A stretch of 64,000 nucleotides of DNA from Gammaproteobacteria bacterium. Its GTDB lineage: Bacteria; Pseudomonadota; Gammaproteobacteria; JAURND01. Position numbers and translations under genes: made by a program. Each line of letters starts with the position of its first letter. The first letter of the stretch is position 1. Below the pieces are notes generated by a model that made no database searches, had not been told where the DNA came from, and was given only the letters and a program-made list of their open reading frames with translations. The stretch is from assembly GCA_047601185.1 (NCBI GenBank), contig JASGJS010000001.1:1400308-1464307 (forward strand), written 5' to 3'. Shown piece after piece: positions 29,513 to 41,168 of this stretch.

Positions 29513-31601
29513 TCATCGCAAGTAGACTTCAGTAATATCAGGGCGAAAATGGCCGAGCTCTTGGCTTACAATACTTAAAGCCGCAGCATATAATAAGCCT
29601 TGTTGTTGCAATTCTTGCATGCGCTGTTGAGCATAACCATGTCTTAACCCATGTGCGCCATGTGACCAATGAAATAAACGTTTGCTGGCTGATGAAAAAC
29701 TATTAGACCATAATTTCCCGCCGCCGATGTCATAATATTGATGGTAATGGATAGAACGATCCGTGACATCGATTGGCCGAGCAAGCCTTCTTGCTTCCAA
29801 TTGCATTGCCAGCTCTATTGGAATGAGCACTTCTCGAATTAACCCTCCTTTTCCGGTAACCGTATATAAATTACCTTGTCGACCTAAAAATCGTTGTGAA
29901 GACCATTGTCGATGTGTGCTCGCAGCGCGTTGTGCTTGTGGCCGTAACGTCAGTAGCTCATGCGCTCTTAAACCAGCAGCTCCGGCAATTTGAGTTGCTA
30001 AGCAATGTCGATCGGTCTGTGATTGTGCGATTGTATCGATTTGCCAAAGTGTGTACGCTCGACTTTTAAGTGTCAACCCCCCATTTTTAGTACAACGCAT
30101 AAGTAGAAATCATAGCATTTCCCTATATTGCTGTGGTGTCAAATGCCCCAGCGACTGATGGGGTCTTTCCAGGTTATATTCCTGTAACCATTGATCAGTT
30201 ATGGCTTGCACGTGGTTAATATCCTTAAATAAATGCACACCTAATACTTCTTCACGATAAGTACGATTAAATCGTTCGATATAAGCATTCTGTGCTGGTT
30301 TTCCTGGCTCAATATGACGAAGCTTTACACCATGTTTTTTGGCCCAATCAAACATTTCTTTTGAAATATTCTCAGGGCCATTATCCACCCGAAGCTGCAT
30401 AGGATAACCATGCTTGATAGATATCCAATCTAAAAACGCTGTTACCCGTTTAGCAGGTAATGATAAATTTGCTTGGATTCCCAATGCTTCCCGATTGCAG
30501 TCATCCAGTACATTCACAGTGCGAAATCGCCTACCATTTGCAAGTGCATCGCTCATGAAATCCATCGACCAGCTTTCATTCATTTGCATTGGCCAATTCA
30601 ACGCAGTTTTCTCTCTCTGTGGCAGTCGCCTTTTGGGCTTACGTCTTAAATTTAATTTTAAATCACAATAAACCCTATAAACACGCTTATGGTTCCATTG
30701 ATAACCTTGTTGTCTGAGTTTTTGAAACATCTTTTCAAACCCATAACGGCGATACCTAATGGCTAAATCCTGCAGAGCACATTTAATCTCCTCATCATTT
30801 TCTAATTTATGAGAATATCCAAAAACTGAACGACTAATGTTCAATAATCGGCAGGCTCGATTTAGGCTAATTTGATGGGTTTGAATTGCATAATTAACCC
30901 ATTCTCTACGCTCTACTGCCGTAACTATTTTTTTTCGAGAACATCTTTCAATACCCGATAATCCAGGCTTAATTCAGCATACATATGTTTTAAGCGCTGA
31001 TTTTCTTCTTCTAGCTGTTTTAAGCGTTTTACATCTGATTCGATCATTCCATTAAATTTGTTCCGCCAGCTATAAATCGTTGCCTCGCTAATGGCATATT
31101 TTCGGCTTAAATCGACGATGGGCACACCGGCTTCAAGCTCTTTTAAAATCCCAATTATTTGGTTTTCAGTAAATCTCGTTTTTTTCATTGTAGAGTCCTC
31201 TTAGTTCGACTAGTTTATCGGAAAACTCTACTTATGGGTTGTACTATTTTAGGGGAGGATTACCTAAGCATTTGTGGCAGTTCGGAGCGAATGACGAGAA
31301 GCTTTATGCCTAAGTGCAGCTGTATCGCCTGACGTTCTTGGTCGAGCATTTTTTGACCGACTACCTGGCAGCGTTCTCCCAGATATTCTTTAGCAATTTC
31401 CACCGTTAATTGTTTCAATCCTCCCAGTTTATTTTGCTGAAGCCATTGTGTTAACTGCATCAATGCTTGAGTATAATTTCTAGCTGTACCCAAGCTATGA
31501 ATTGTTTTCTCATCTCGATGCGTATGGCATGCTTGTTTTAAGTGCAATTTTTTCTGTACGGCATGAGACGCTTGTTGCTTTGCAGAACGAAAACTAGGCA
31601 T
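29513..31601 (-). pseudogene. Tyrosine-recombinase-domain protein split by IS3
   Basis: Removing the IS and one TAAG restores a 296-aa ORF (PQMLKSRAYT) with GLRAHEL, GKGG, HGLRH, LGH and YLR; paralog of 53406-54374. Confidence 0.88.
30071..31264 (-). mobile_element. IS3-family element (IS407-like), copy 1, 1194 bp
   Basis: orfA 30925-31188 and orfB DDE 30110-30844 joined by an A-run frameshift; TSD TAAG. Confidence 0.96.
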
Positions 31602-31602
31602 T

Positions 31603-31860
31603 TTAAGTTTGCTCCAGAGGATTTAATTCCGGTAATCGTTTTAGGTAGCGCATAATAGTAGAGAAGCTGCATTTTAGCCGCTTATGTTTTCGCAACCATA
31701 GGGCTAATTCGCGATAGCTGGCACCAGCACGGCGTAAGGCTACGAGTTCAGCACGGTAACGATCTAACCGCGACACACGGAATTTCTTTTGCAAGCAAAG
31801 TTGTTTGTAGTGACGCACTTCTTGTAGGGCAACTGTTGCATCAAAATGTAGTATAGGCAT
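31603..31860 (-). CDS. Small HTH protein coupled to the recombinase-like gene
   Basis: SRLDRYRAELVALRRAGASYRELALWL; homologous to the C-terminus of 54352-54864. Confidence 0.75.
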   Translation of the reverse strand: MPILHFDATVALQEVRHYKQLCLQKKFRVSRLDRYRAELVALRRAGASYRELALWLRKHKRLKCSFSTIMRYLKRLPELNPLEQT

Positions 31861-31886
31861 TGTTGTATCTCCTGGCTGTAGGTCCA

Positions 31887-31935
31887 GCCCCGCTGTGCCT
31901 AAATGAGAGTTTTTGCGAATTAGGCACAGCGGGGC
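31887..31935. repeat. 16-bp perfect inverted repeat
   Basis: GCCCCGCTGTGCCTAA / TTAGGCACAGCGGGGC. Confidence 0.8.
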
Positions 31936-31996
31936 GAGAAGGCTTAAAAGTTTTGTAAGCTCGCAACACTCAGCTTGTGAATTTACCGTTTTTAAG

Positions 31997-32196
31997 TTGT
32001 CCGATCTGTCCTTTTTGTCCTGAGAAATAACCCATTGATATCATGATGTAAAATAAACAAAGTCATCAAAATTAAGGGTTTTTCTGACTCATTCCAAATT
32101 GTCCCGGGACAATGCGTTTTTCTTAGAAATGTGGCTATTTTTTTAAGATAACTCTTTGCTCTATAAACAATTATTTTCCTGGGACAAAAAGGACAA
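31997..32196. promoter_or_regulatory. Putative replication origin (symmetrical TGTCC/GGACA iterons)
   Basis: TGTCCTTTTTGTCC 32007-32020, palindrome TTGTCCCGGGACAA 32099-32112 and GGACAAAAAGGACA 32182-32195, just downstream of the helicase gene. Confidence 0.6.
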
Positions 32197-32207
32197 CTTA
32201 AATTAAG

Positions 32208-33905
32208 TTATTTATTCTCCAATTCCTCCCAGATTTTTTCTGTAAAAACATAGCATCTCGATCGACCCATTTGAGGCAAATATTCACGCCGATAAGGGTT
32301 CCCTGCATGATCGCCAATTAAGCAATTTGCTTTTAATAGCCATTGACTAACTCGTCTAAAATCTAACCCCTGACACAACTCACGTTTAAACACTTCGGTT
32401 AAAACGTAGAAATATGTAACACCGTCAACAATTTTTTTAAAACCCGCTCTATTCGGGGTAGGTGGTGCAGAGTCGCTCATATACCAACTGCTAAAACGAG
32501 ATGCCCCATGTTTTTCAAAAAAAGCTCTCACTTGAGACAATGCATGCTGATATTCTAAATTTCCTGAATCTCCACGTTGCGACAGCCAATCTTTGAAACA
32601 TTTCGCTATATTTTGCGTTGCTTCACCCGGTTGCCATCCGGTGATCTCAAAATCTGTAGCCAACTCACCGGCAACAGCAATCAGTGCAAAACGCTCACAA
32701 ATACGATGAACTTGACCGCTGCTATTGGTCGGCAAATATTGCTTAACGAAATGTCGACATAAACTATCGAGCATCGAGGGTAGAATGTTCGATATAGAAA
32801 GTTGTGTAATACTTTCGAGAAAGGCGATTGCGGCGGTACCATAACAATTACTGGCTGCTTGAGTTAATTGCTGACTAAATTGTGCGGCAGAAAGCCCTGA
32901 AGGAACCACTTCAAATAACCCTTGCCCCATTCCAGCATCAGAGGGGATGTCGGCCATACGCACCATTTGGCCTACTTTGACGCGTTTACCACTCTCAGAT
33001 AAATGTTGCTCTAAGCTAATTTCACCCGCAGATAAGAATAACAGCCGCCAATTCTGAGGAGTGCAGATATTTCCGCGCTTATCGGCTCGAATTTTCCCAC
33101 TGCCATTAGCCAACATATAAGCCACCTCGCCAGCTTCTTTAGCATCGACTTGGGCTAATTCGTCCAGTACAAGCAAAGTATCTGAACGCATCGCCGCTAA
33201 AGTTTCAATCCCATTTGCAGTGGCGCGCCATCTTTGCATAAAGCCGGGAGGACCAAATACAGAAGCCGCCACGCGTAAAGCTGTTGTTTTACCTGTACTC
33301 GATTCGCCGACCAAATGGATGCCGCCCGATTCAGCGCCAGCAGGTTTTAAGAGCAAAGCCGCAAAAGCAGCTGAGATCGCGAGGATTAACCTAGAATTTC
33401 CAGCGCATAATTTTGCGATTTTCTCTTGCCATTCTGCCAAATTGCCAGCAGAGGCAAAATCGTTAGCAGAATGCGGCGTTTTGAGAATGATTCGCTCGGT
33501 TGTCTCCCCGATGATTTTATGCGGTAACACAAACACGGAATGATGCCAGCCGATCTGCTGCACACAGCGAGCGCGTTGTGTAGTTATGCTACTGGCAATA
33601 TGCTCTAATAGTAAATGGCGTACCTTGAGACCAGGCGCAATATCTAATCCCAATCGTAATAGCTCCGCACATAATTCATCCCCGTTGCCCCTCAACAATT
33701 CCATCGGCATAGTCCACAGATGTAATTTTCCGTCTGCGTCTTTAAACTCTAATAATCTAGCCCAATTTTCAGATACTTTGTCTCGAACCATGGCAACCAC
33801 TTTTAAAGGTCCACAAATTTTATGAGAGCCTGCTTCATCCTGGTAATAGATACCTGTTTCGGAAGCGATTAATTTTTTAAGAGGAACTGCATTACCCGTT
33901 GACAT
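32208..33905 (-). CDS. DUF927-domain (Cch-like) replicative helicase
   Basis: Walker A GESSTGKT, WRATANG, LDEL, YMLANG.GK.RA and GQMVR motifs. Confidence 0.9.
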   Translation of the reverse strand: MSTGNAVPLKKLIASETGIYYQDEAGSHKICGPLKVVAMVRDKVSENWARLLEFKDADGKLHLWTMPMELLRGNGDELCAELLRLGLDIAPGLKVRHLLLEHIASSITTQRARCVQQIGWHHSVFVLPHKIIGETTERIILKTPHSANDFASAGNLAEWQEKIAKLCAGNSRLILAISAAFAALLLKPAGAESGGIHLVGESSTGKTTALRVAASVFGPPGFMQRWRATANGIETLAAMRSDTLLVLDELAQVDAKEAGEVAYMLANGSGKIRADKRGNICTPQNWRLLFLSAGEISLEQHLSESGKRVKVGQMVRMADIPSDAGMGQGLFEVVPSGLSAAQFSQQLTQAASNCYGTAAIAFLESITQLSISNILPSMLDSLCRHFVKQYLPTNSSGQVHRICERFALIAVAGELATDFEITGWQPGEATQNIAKCFKDWLSQRGDSGNLEYQHALSQVRAFFEKHGASRFSSWYMSDSAPPTPNRAGFKKIVDGVTYFYVLTEVFKRELCQGLDFRRVSQWLLKANCLIGDHAGNPYRREYLPQMGRSRCYVFTEKIWEELENK

Positions 33906-34170
33906 AAATACCTCCCATTGGCTGAGAGTATTGTGAAGTCGATTGCAAAGATAAATATTGGTTGAGCCAGTTTTGAATATCGGCTTTGCGATACCTGACT
34001 AATCGACCAATCTTGATAAAGGGGACACCCGTACCAGCCCAGCGGTCGCGCTCTATAGTGGCAAGAGAACAATCACGAATTGCTGCAATCATTTCTTGAG
34101 TGAATAAAGCAGAATCAGGGGCGGATTCAAATTCAACAATTAAATTTAAGCGGTTTTTTTCAATTTTCAT
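33892..34170 (-). CDS. AlpA/excisionase-like HTH protein
   Basis: SLATIERDRWAGTGVPFIKIGRLVRYR. Confidence 0.85.
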   Translation of the reverse strand: MKIEKNRLNLIVEFESAPDSALFTQEMIAAIRDCSLATIERDRWAGTGVPFIKIGRLVRYRKADIQNWLNQYLSLQSTSQYSQPMGGIYVNG

Positions 34171-34272
34171 AAAGCTTGCTCCAAATAATTAAAAACAAGC
34201 TTTATCATGCAATAAAATTTTTCTACAGTGTGGTAATTACAAAAAAGTTTTTTACAATTACCGGAAGAGAAC

Positions 34273-34971
34273 TTATTTTTTGTTGCTAGGCCTTTCTTCT
34301 TCTATCATTTCTAATGCTTCAGACAGCTTTCGATTTAAACTTTTTAATCCTACTAATTCTAGTCCTAGGTCTTGAGCTTTTTTGGTAAGGGTGTCAGCTA
34401 TTCGATAAACATTCAGTTTATTGCCTCGACAATATCGTGGAGATCTTTTTCCTTCATCACCGATTAATAAGTAAACCAAAATTCCGATAGTTTTTAATAG
34501 GTTCCGTCTTTCACGTGTGGTCAACGAGGATTCATGAACAATGGGTTCTTCAATTATCTTCTGTGGGGCATCCATTACAGCCATTGGTGAAGATGCCTCC
34601 TTTACTGGCCCTAAATTACTGTCTTCTTGTATTGATTCAGCCTTTTGTTGTTCCCGCTCAAACCGCTTCTTAACGACACTCAATAAGGCGGACGGAATAG
34701 GCAGCTCTTTATTAATAGCTTCTGTTAAAATTGAATAAGGATGAATGCCGGTATAGCCATTTTCATTATATCTACCCCACCATGGTACTGAGTTCAATAA
34801 AAAATATGTCTTCTGCACAGTCAAAAATTCAGTAGGAATATCGCGATTATTTATTCTTAAAGACCGATGATTGAATGGTTCGCGTCGGTGTAGGAGCAAC
34901 GCAGCTTCCTTTATGGTCCAAGTATCTTTTTTAGCCCAAAATTTGTAATCAGGCTTTTCCATAGGTTGCAT
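34273..34971 (-). CDS. Hypothetical island protein
   Basis: 232-aa ORF (WTIKEAALLL) upstream of the excisionase-like gene. Confidence 0.65.
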   Translation of the reverse strand: MQPMEKPDYKFWAKKDTWTIKEAALLLHRREPFNHRSLRINNRDIPTEFLTVQKTYFLLNSVPWWGRYNENGYTGIHPYSILTEAINKELPIPSALLSVVKKRFEREQQKAESIQEDSNLGPVKEASSPMAVMDAPQKIIEEPIVHESSLTTRERRNLLKTIGILVYLLIGDEGKRSPRYCRGNKLNVYRIADTLTKKAQDLGLELVGLKSLNRKLSEALEMIEEERPSNKK

Positions 34972-35039
34972 AGATTAATTCCTCAATATGATTCAGTTCC
35001 GGTTGATTTACCAAAATTCTTGGTACTTAAAACTCATTA

Positions 35040-36233
35040 TGTCAACCCCCCATTTTTAGTACAACGCATAAGTAGAAATCATAGCATTTCCCTATATTGC
35101 TGTGGTGTCAAATGCCCCAGCGACTGATGGGGTCTTTCCAGGTTATATTCCTGTAACCATTGATCAGTTATGGCTTGCACGTGGTTAATATCCTTAAATA
35201 AATGCACACCTAATACTTCTTCACGATAAGTACGATTAAATCGTTCGATATAAGCATTCTGTGCTGGTTTTCCTGGCTCAATATGACGAAGCTTTACACC
35301 ATGTTTTTTGGCCCAATCAAACATTTCTTTTGAAATATTCTCAGGGCCATTATCCACCCGAAGCTGCATAGGATAACCATGCTTAATAGATATCCAATCT
35401 AAAAACGCTGTTACCCGTTTAGCAGGTAATGATAAATTTGCTTGGATTCCCAATGCTTCCCGATTGCAGTCATCCAGTACATTCACAGTGCGAAATCGCC
35501 TACCATTTGCAAGTGCATCGCTCATGAAATCCATCGACCAGCTTTCATTCATTTGCATTGGCCAATTCAACGCAGTTTTCTCTCTCTGTGGCAGTCGCCT
35601 TTTGGGCTTACGTCTTAAATTTAATTTTAAATCACAATAAACCCTATAAACACGCTTATGGTTCCATTGATAACCTTGTTGTCTGAGTTTTTGAAACATC
35701 TTTTCAAACCCATAACGGCGATACCTAATGGCTAAATCCTGCAGAGCACATTTAATCTCCTCATCATTTTCTAATTTATGAGAATATCCAAAAACTGAAC
35801 GACTAATGTTCAATAATCGGCAGGCTCGATTTAGGCTAATTTGATGGGTTTGAATTGCATAATTAACCCATTCTCTACGCTCTACTGCCGTAACTATTTT
35901 TTTTCGAGAACATCTTTCAATACCCGATAATCCAGGCTTAATTCAGCATACATATGTTTTAAGCGCTGATTTTCTTCTTCTAGCTGTTTTAAGCGTTTTA
36001 CATCTGATTCGATCATTCCATTAAATTTGTTCCGCCAGCTATAAATCGTTGCCTCGCTAATGGCATATTTTCGGCTTAAATCGACGATGGGCACACCGGC
36101 TTCAAGCTCTTTTAAAATCCCAATTATTTGGTTTTCAGTAAATCTCGTTTTTTTCATTGTAGAGTCCTCTTAGTTCGACTAGTTTATCGGAAAACTCTAC
36201 TTATGGGTTGTACTATTTTAGGGGAGGATTACC
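35040..36233 (-). mobile_element. IS3-family element, copy 2
   Basis: Same orfA/orfB; TSD ATTA. Confidence 0.96.
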
Positions 36234-36664
36234 ATTATTCTTCATTGTAACGTAAACATATTTAATAAAACAAACAATTTTTTTCGAAACAAAACCAAGG
36301 ATTTAACGATATTTAATCTATATTAACGTTTATTAATCGACATCGAAAAATATGGAAAAATATCGAAGGATAGAGAAGAATAACGGAGTTAAAATTTTTT
36401 AGGAGCAACGGACTAAAATCACGAAGAGAGGGCAGAGAAGGACACAATAGAGCATTACCGATTTTTGACATGGATTAAATCCATATCAAAACTGCAGTCC
36501 AATTATGGTTGAGCCTGTGACATATGGAAGTGAGAAGCTAGTGAGCATGGTTAAATTTGGACAATGTCTTCTCGTTATCTGGGTTTGTCCATACGTCTTA
36601 GGAGGTCATCTGGTGTGGAGTGATAGTCCAAATATTCATGGAGTATTTTTGATTATTTGGTGAC

Positions 36665-37720
36665 TTATTGTTTTTTATTAAGCTCTGCTTCTATTTCTTC
36701 AATAGTAGGTAGACTCGTTTTAAGATTTTTGGGGAGGGATTTGGCTAATTTATATTCAGACACACCCATTGGGGCATTAACATTTTGTAAAGCATATTCT
36801 GCGATGATTTTGCTTTTTGACTTACAAAGCAAAATACCAATGGTACGATTATCCCCATCTTTACGCATTTGATTATCTACGGCTGCAAGATAGAACCCTA
36901 ATTGACCCGTATGCTCTGGTTTAAATTGAGTAGCTTTTAATTCAACTACCACAAAGGCTCGAAGATTTAAATGATAAAATAATAAGTCTAGAAAAAACTC
37001 TTGGTTATCGAAGGCTAAGGGCACTTGAGATCCTACGAAAGCAAAACCTTGGCCGAGCTCTAATAGGAAGTCACGAATATGAGTAATCAAAGCATTTTCA
37101 ATCGCTCTTTCATGGGCTTTGCCTTCAATTGTCAGAAAATCGAAATGATAAGGATCTTTAAGAATTTGGTTGGCTAAGTCTGATTGATCGGGAGGAAGAT
37201 GTTGACTAAAATTGGTTATTTTTTTATTTGGCTCTGCCTGACGTTCATATAACCCGGTTTCAATTTGCATTTCTAAGATAGAACGCGACCAACCATTTCT
37301 TATAGATTGCTGGATATACCACTCACGCTCTTGTTGGCCCTTTATTTGATGCAAAAGCACGCCAATGTGCCCCCATGGTAATTGGTCCACAAGCTGTGGA
37401 CTTTTTCCAAAATAAGGATATTCTTTAGCAAAAATACGCATTCTTTTTAAATTTGTGATAGAAAATCCTTTCATCTCGGGAAATAAGCAACGCATATCTT
37501 TTGAAAATTGCTCTAAAAATTGTTCTCCCCATTTGTGCATTTTTTGTTTATAAATCAATTCGTTACCCAACTCCCAATAAAAATGAATCAGCTCTTTATT
37601 AACAGTTATTGCTGCTCGAATTTGGGCATTTTTCAACCGCTCTTTGATTCCATTCAAAAAATGAGTATATTGTTCATCAAAACGTAATGCTGTTCCCAAC
37701 TTTGGTAATTGTTTTTTCAT
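36665..37720 (-). CDS. YhcG/DUF1016 PD-(D/E)xK nuclease
   Basis: LPWGH, KDPYHFDFL, LLELGQGFAFVG, DLLFYH..L..FVVVELK and GQLGFY motifs. Confidence 0.92.
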   Translation of the reverse strand: MKKQLPKLGTALRFDEQYTHFLNGIKERLKNAQIRAAITVNKELIHFYWELGNELIYKQKMHKWGEQFLEQFSKDMRCLFPEMKGFSITNLKRMRIFAKEYPYFGKSPQLVDQLPWGHIGVLLHQIKGQQEREWYIQQSIRNGWSRSILEMQIETGLYERQAEPNKKITNFSQHLPPDQSDLANQILKDPYHFDFLTIEGKAHERAIENALITHIRDFLLELGQGFAFVGSQVPLAFDNQEFFLDLLFYHLNLRAFVVVELKATQFKPEHTGQLGFYLAAVDNQMRKDGDNRTIGILLCKSKSKIIAEYALQNVNAPMGVSEYKLAKSLPKNLKTSLPTIEEIEAELNKKQ

Positions 37721-37744
37721 ACATTTATTCCATTTATAATTATC

Positions 37745-38950
37745 TTAAGAGGTTTTGATTGCTATTATGCCAGTTTTTTCAAGGATATAATCTGTAATTT
37801 GCTGCATGGGCTTACGCAATCTTTCAACATCGCTGACAATATAACCTGCCGTCACATCGTGATTCATCTTATGGTTCACCAAGCGCTTAAGCGCATAAGC
37901 CGAGATATCCAAGCTTTCCGCGATAGTGATAAAGGTACGACGCAGGTCATGCAGCATAAAAACAACTCCAGAGGCTGCAATCACTTTAGCTACCTGCTTA
38001 CGTGGATCAACAAGGTAACCCTTAGCGCCAGCTCCTGGGAAAACGTATTCACTTGTAGTCTCCTCCTTGCGCCGAACCAATAATTCCACCAAAAAATTGG
38101 ATAAAGGCAAAGTATGCGGCTGATGATTTTTAGGATCAGGCAAAGTCAAAGTATGCGCCATTAAATCTACTTGTTCCCATTTTAATGTCATGGCTTCTTC
38201 TCGTCGTAAGCCAGTAAATAATAGCAGTAACAAATAATCACGCAATACGGTATTTTGAATATTTATTACCCCCTTGTACCAGAGGATCAATTCATGGGTT
38301 TTAACAAAATTTTGTCGTTTGTGGATCTTATACCATGCTCGAGTTTGCGACAGTCGTCTGACAGGGTTTTCCGTAATAAGCGATTGGCCTTTGGCATCCT
38401 CATACTCTCCGGCAGCAAAATTAAAAATCGCTCGCAGGTAGCGCATAGCCAAATTAGTCCTAGCCTTGCTGCGCTCGCCCAACTGGGTATGCCGCTTGGC
38501 AATCATGTCTTTACTGATGCTCAATAAAGGTTTGTTCTGCCAGTCGGCAAAGGCTTCGCGCATCACCCGCTGGTAATCGAATACTGTGCTAGGTTTCAGG
38601 GTTTTTCTGGCTTTGAGGTAATCCTCAAACACCTGCTTAAGTGTAATCACTTTGATCCTAGCTTCTTTCTTTTCAGCAATAGGGTCAATCCCAGTGGCGA
38701 TCTTACCCAGCAACTTTTGTCCCTCACGCCGTGCCTGCTCTGCCGTTAATTCAGGGTAGCGCCCCAAGGTAATGCGGCGCAACTTACTCTGCGCCAGCTT
38801 TTCTACAAAAAAAGCCTTGGTTCCACCTGATGTCACCCGCACCCCAAATCCTTTCATAACCTCATCGTAATATCGCTTCTGTGCCGTCTGGCCTTCCACA
38901 GTAGAAACAGGTAACGGCAGCTTATCTACCATCAGCTTAGTAATCTTCAT
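37745..38950 (-). CDS. Integrase (tyrosine recombinase with arm-binding domain, P4-like)
   Basis: GFGVRV, TLGRYPEL, TGLRREE, HDLRRT and VNH..VTAGY motifs; ATG at 38950 preferred. Confidence 0.94.
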   Translation of the reverse strand: MKITKLMVDKLPLPVSTVEGQTAQKRYYDEVMKGFGVRVTSGGTKAFFVEKLAQSKLRRITLGRYPELTAEQARREGQKLLGKIATGIDPIAEKKEARIKVITLKQVFEDYLKARKTLKPSTVFDYQRVMREAFADWQNKPLLSISKDMIAKRHTQLGERSKARTNLAMRYLRAIFNFAAGEYEDAKGQSLITENPVRRLSQTRAWYKIHKRQNFVKTHELILWYKGVINIQNTVLRDYLLLLLFTGLRREEAMTLKWEQVDLMAHTLTLPDPKNHQPHTLPLSNFLVELLVRRKEETTSEYVFPGAGAKGYLVDPRKQVAKVIAASGVVFMLHDLRRTFITIAESLDISAYALKRLVNHKMNHDVTAGYIVSDVERLRKPMQQITDYILEKTGIIAIKTS

Positions 38951-39109
38951 AGGTTTTTCCGTGTCGAATATGTGTCGAAGGTATAAATAAAAACTGTTCA
39001 AAGAACTTAGGACGGATTGTGGAATAAAAATCTTAATAAAACAAGTACTTTTTGAGATTTTAAAAACGTGTCGAAGTGCTTAAAACCTATTAAAATACGG
39101 ATTTTTGGA

Positions 39110-39156
39110 ACTCATAATCCCTTGGTCCTAGGTTCGAGTCCTAGTGGGCCCACCAG
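39110..39156 (+). repeat. att site: duplicated 3' part of tRNA-Ile2
   Basis: Identical to 25745-25791. Confidence 0.95.
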
Positions 39157-39265
39157 AAAACACTTTAAAATCAGTAAGTTACAAGTTTTAAAGTTCCTAA
39201 ATCAAGAATCAAAATTTTTTTAGTGTAATTTTGGTGTAATTGTGTCAATAAATTGGCTTTCTAGC

Positions 39266-40983
39266 CTATGCTACCAATTTTTCTGCAAGTATAGTTTCTA
39301 TATATGGATTTATAGTTTTCAAACGCTCAACATGTTTGGTAATCCTCCCCTAAAATAGTACAACCCATAAGTAGAGTTTTCCGATAAACTAGTCGAACTA
39401 AGAGGACTCTACAATGAAAAAAACGAGATTTACTGAAAACCAAATAATTGGGATTTTAAAAGAGCTTGAAGCCGGTGTGCCCATCGTCGATTTAAGCCGA
39501 AAATATGCCATTAGCGAGGCAACGATTTATAGCTGGCGGAACAAATTTAATGGAATGATCGAATCAGATGTAAAACGCTTAAAACAGCTAGAAGAAGAAA
39601 ATCAGCGCTTAAAACATATGTATGCTGAATTAAGCCTGGATTATCGGGTATTGAAAGATGTTCTCGAAAAAAAATAGTTACGGCAGTAGAGCGTAGAGAA
39701 TGGGTTAATTATGCAATTCAAACCCATCAAATTAGCCTAAATCGAGCCTGCCGATTATTGAACATTAGTCGTTCAGTTTTTGGATATTCTCATAAATTAG
39801 AAAATGATGAGGAGATTAAATGTGCTCTGCAGGATTTAGCCATTAGGTATCGCCGTTATGGGTTTGAAAAGATGTTTCAAAAACTCAGACAACAAGGTTA
39901 TCAATGGAACCATAAGCGTGTTTATAGGGTTTATTGTGATTTAAAATTAAATTTAAGACGTAAGCCCAAAAGGCGACTGCCACAGAGAGAGAAAACTGCG
40001 TTGAATTGGCCAATGCAAATGAATGAAAGCTGGTCGATGGATTTCATGAGCGATGCACTTGCAAATGGTAGGCGATTTCGCACTGTGAATGTACTGGATG
40101 ACTGCAATCGGGAAGCATTGGGAATCCAAGCAAATTTATCATTACCTGCTAAACGGGTAACAGCGTTTTTAGATTGGATATCTATCAAGCATGGTTATCC
40201 TATGCAGCTTCGGGTGGATAATGGCCCTGAGAATATTTCAAAAGAAATGTTTGATTGGGCCAAAAAACATGGTGTAAAGCTTCGTCATATTGAGCCAGGA
40301 AAACCAGCACAGAATGCTTATATCGAACGATTTAATCGTACTTATCGTGAAGAAGTATTAGGTGTGCATTTATTTAAGGATATTAACCACGTGCAAGCCA
40401 TAACTGATCAATGGTTACAGGAATATAACCTGGAAAGACCCCATCAGTCGCTGGGGCATTTGACACCACAGCAATATAGGGAAATGCTATGATTTCTACT
40501 TATGCGTTGTACTAAAAATGGGGGGTTGACAGTTTCTTTTCTGCTGTCACGAATATGGGACAATAAGAAGCTTCAACGAATTGAAATGCGTCGGCAACCT
40601 GCTCTTCGGCAGGAGCCACCTTATGTTTTATTTCTATGAAAAATAAATACATCCTTGTTGAAATAAGCACCCTTAAGGCTGGATATAGCTCTACATTATT
40701 AGAAAAAGTCAAAAGTTGGGTATTTGATAGATTTATTCTATATTGACTTAAGGCTTCCTTGACTACACCAAAAGCTTGTGAAGTAGAGTCTTTGAGCTGC
40801 TGCCACCATTTTGTCGAATACTCTATTAAACTTCCTTTAGTACGAAAAGGGGAGGAAGAGGAAGTTGTATAAGAAATACGACCGCCTTTAAGTGATTTTT
40901 GTCTTTTAATGAGAGAAGATGCATCATTAAAATGTATCCCCTCAAGAATCCCCTCCAGAGAAATGGTTAGAAATAAGGTAAGT
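39266..40983 (-). pseudogene. Gene remnant split by IS3 copy 3; PIN-like C-terminus
   Basis: Removing the IS gives in-frame VADAFQFVEASYCPIFVTAEKKHVERL; no convincing start codon. Confidence 0.5.
39338..40531 (+). mobile_element. IS3-family element, copy 3
   Basis: orfA 39414-39677, orfB 39758-40492; TSD GTTT. Confidence 0.96.
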
Positions 40984-41168
40984 CATTGTTTACCAATGCA
41001 GCCTTGTAGAAGATATAAATTTTGTTACATTGTGCTGGATTTTAGAATCATATTGTCTTAAGCTAGGAGGTGGGTAGTAGAGCCTAAAGAGTAAGTTCTC
41101 AGGATGAGCTCTACAGGGAGTATTTGACGAGCTGTTTATGCTGTACTACCCAATGATGGCGTCATCGA

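Noticed and set aside
39110-39156. Second tRNA gene
   Set aside because: Only the 3' part from the anticodon loop onward is present; it is an att site.
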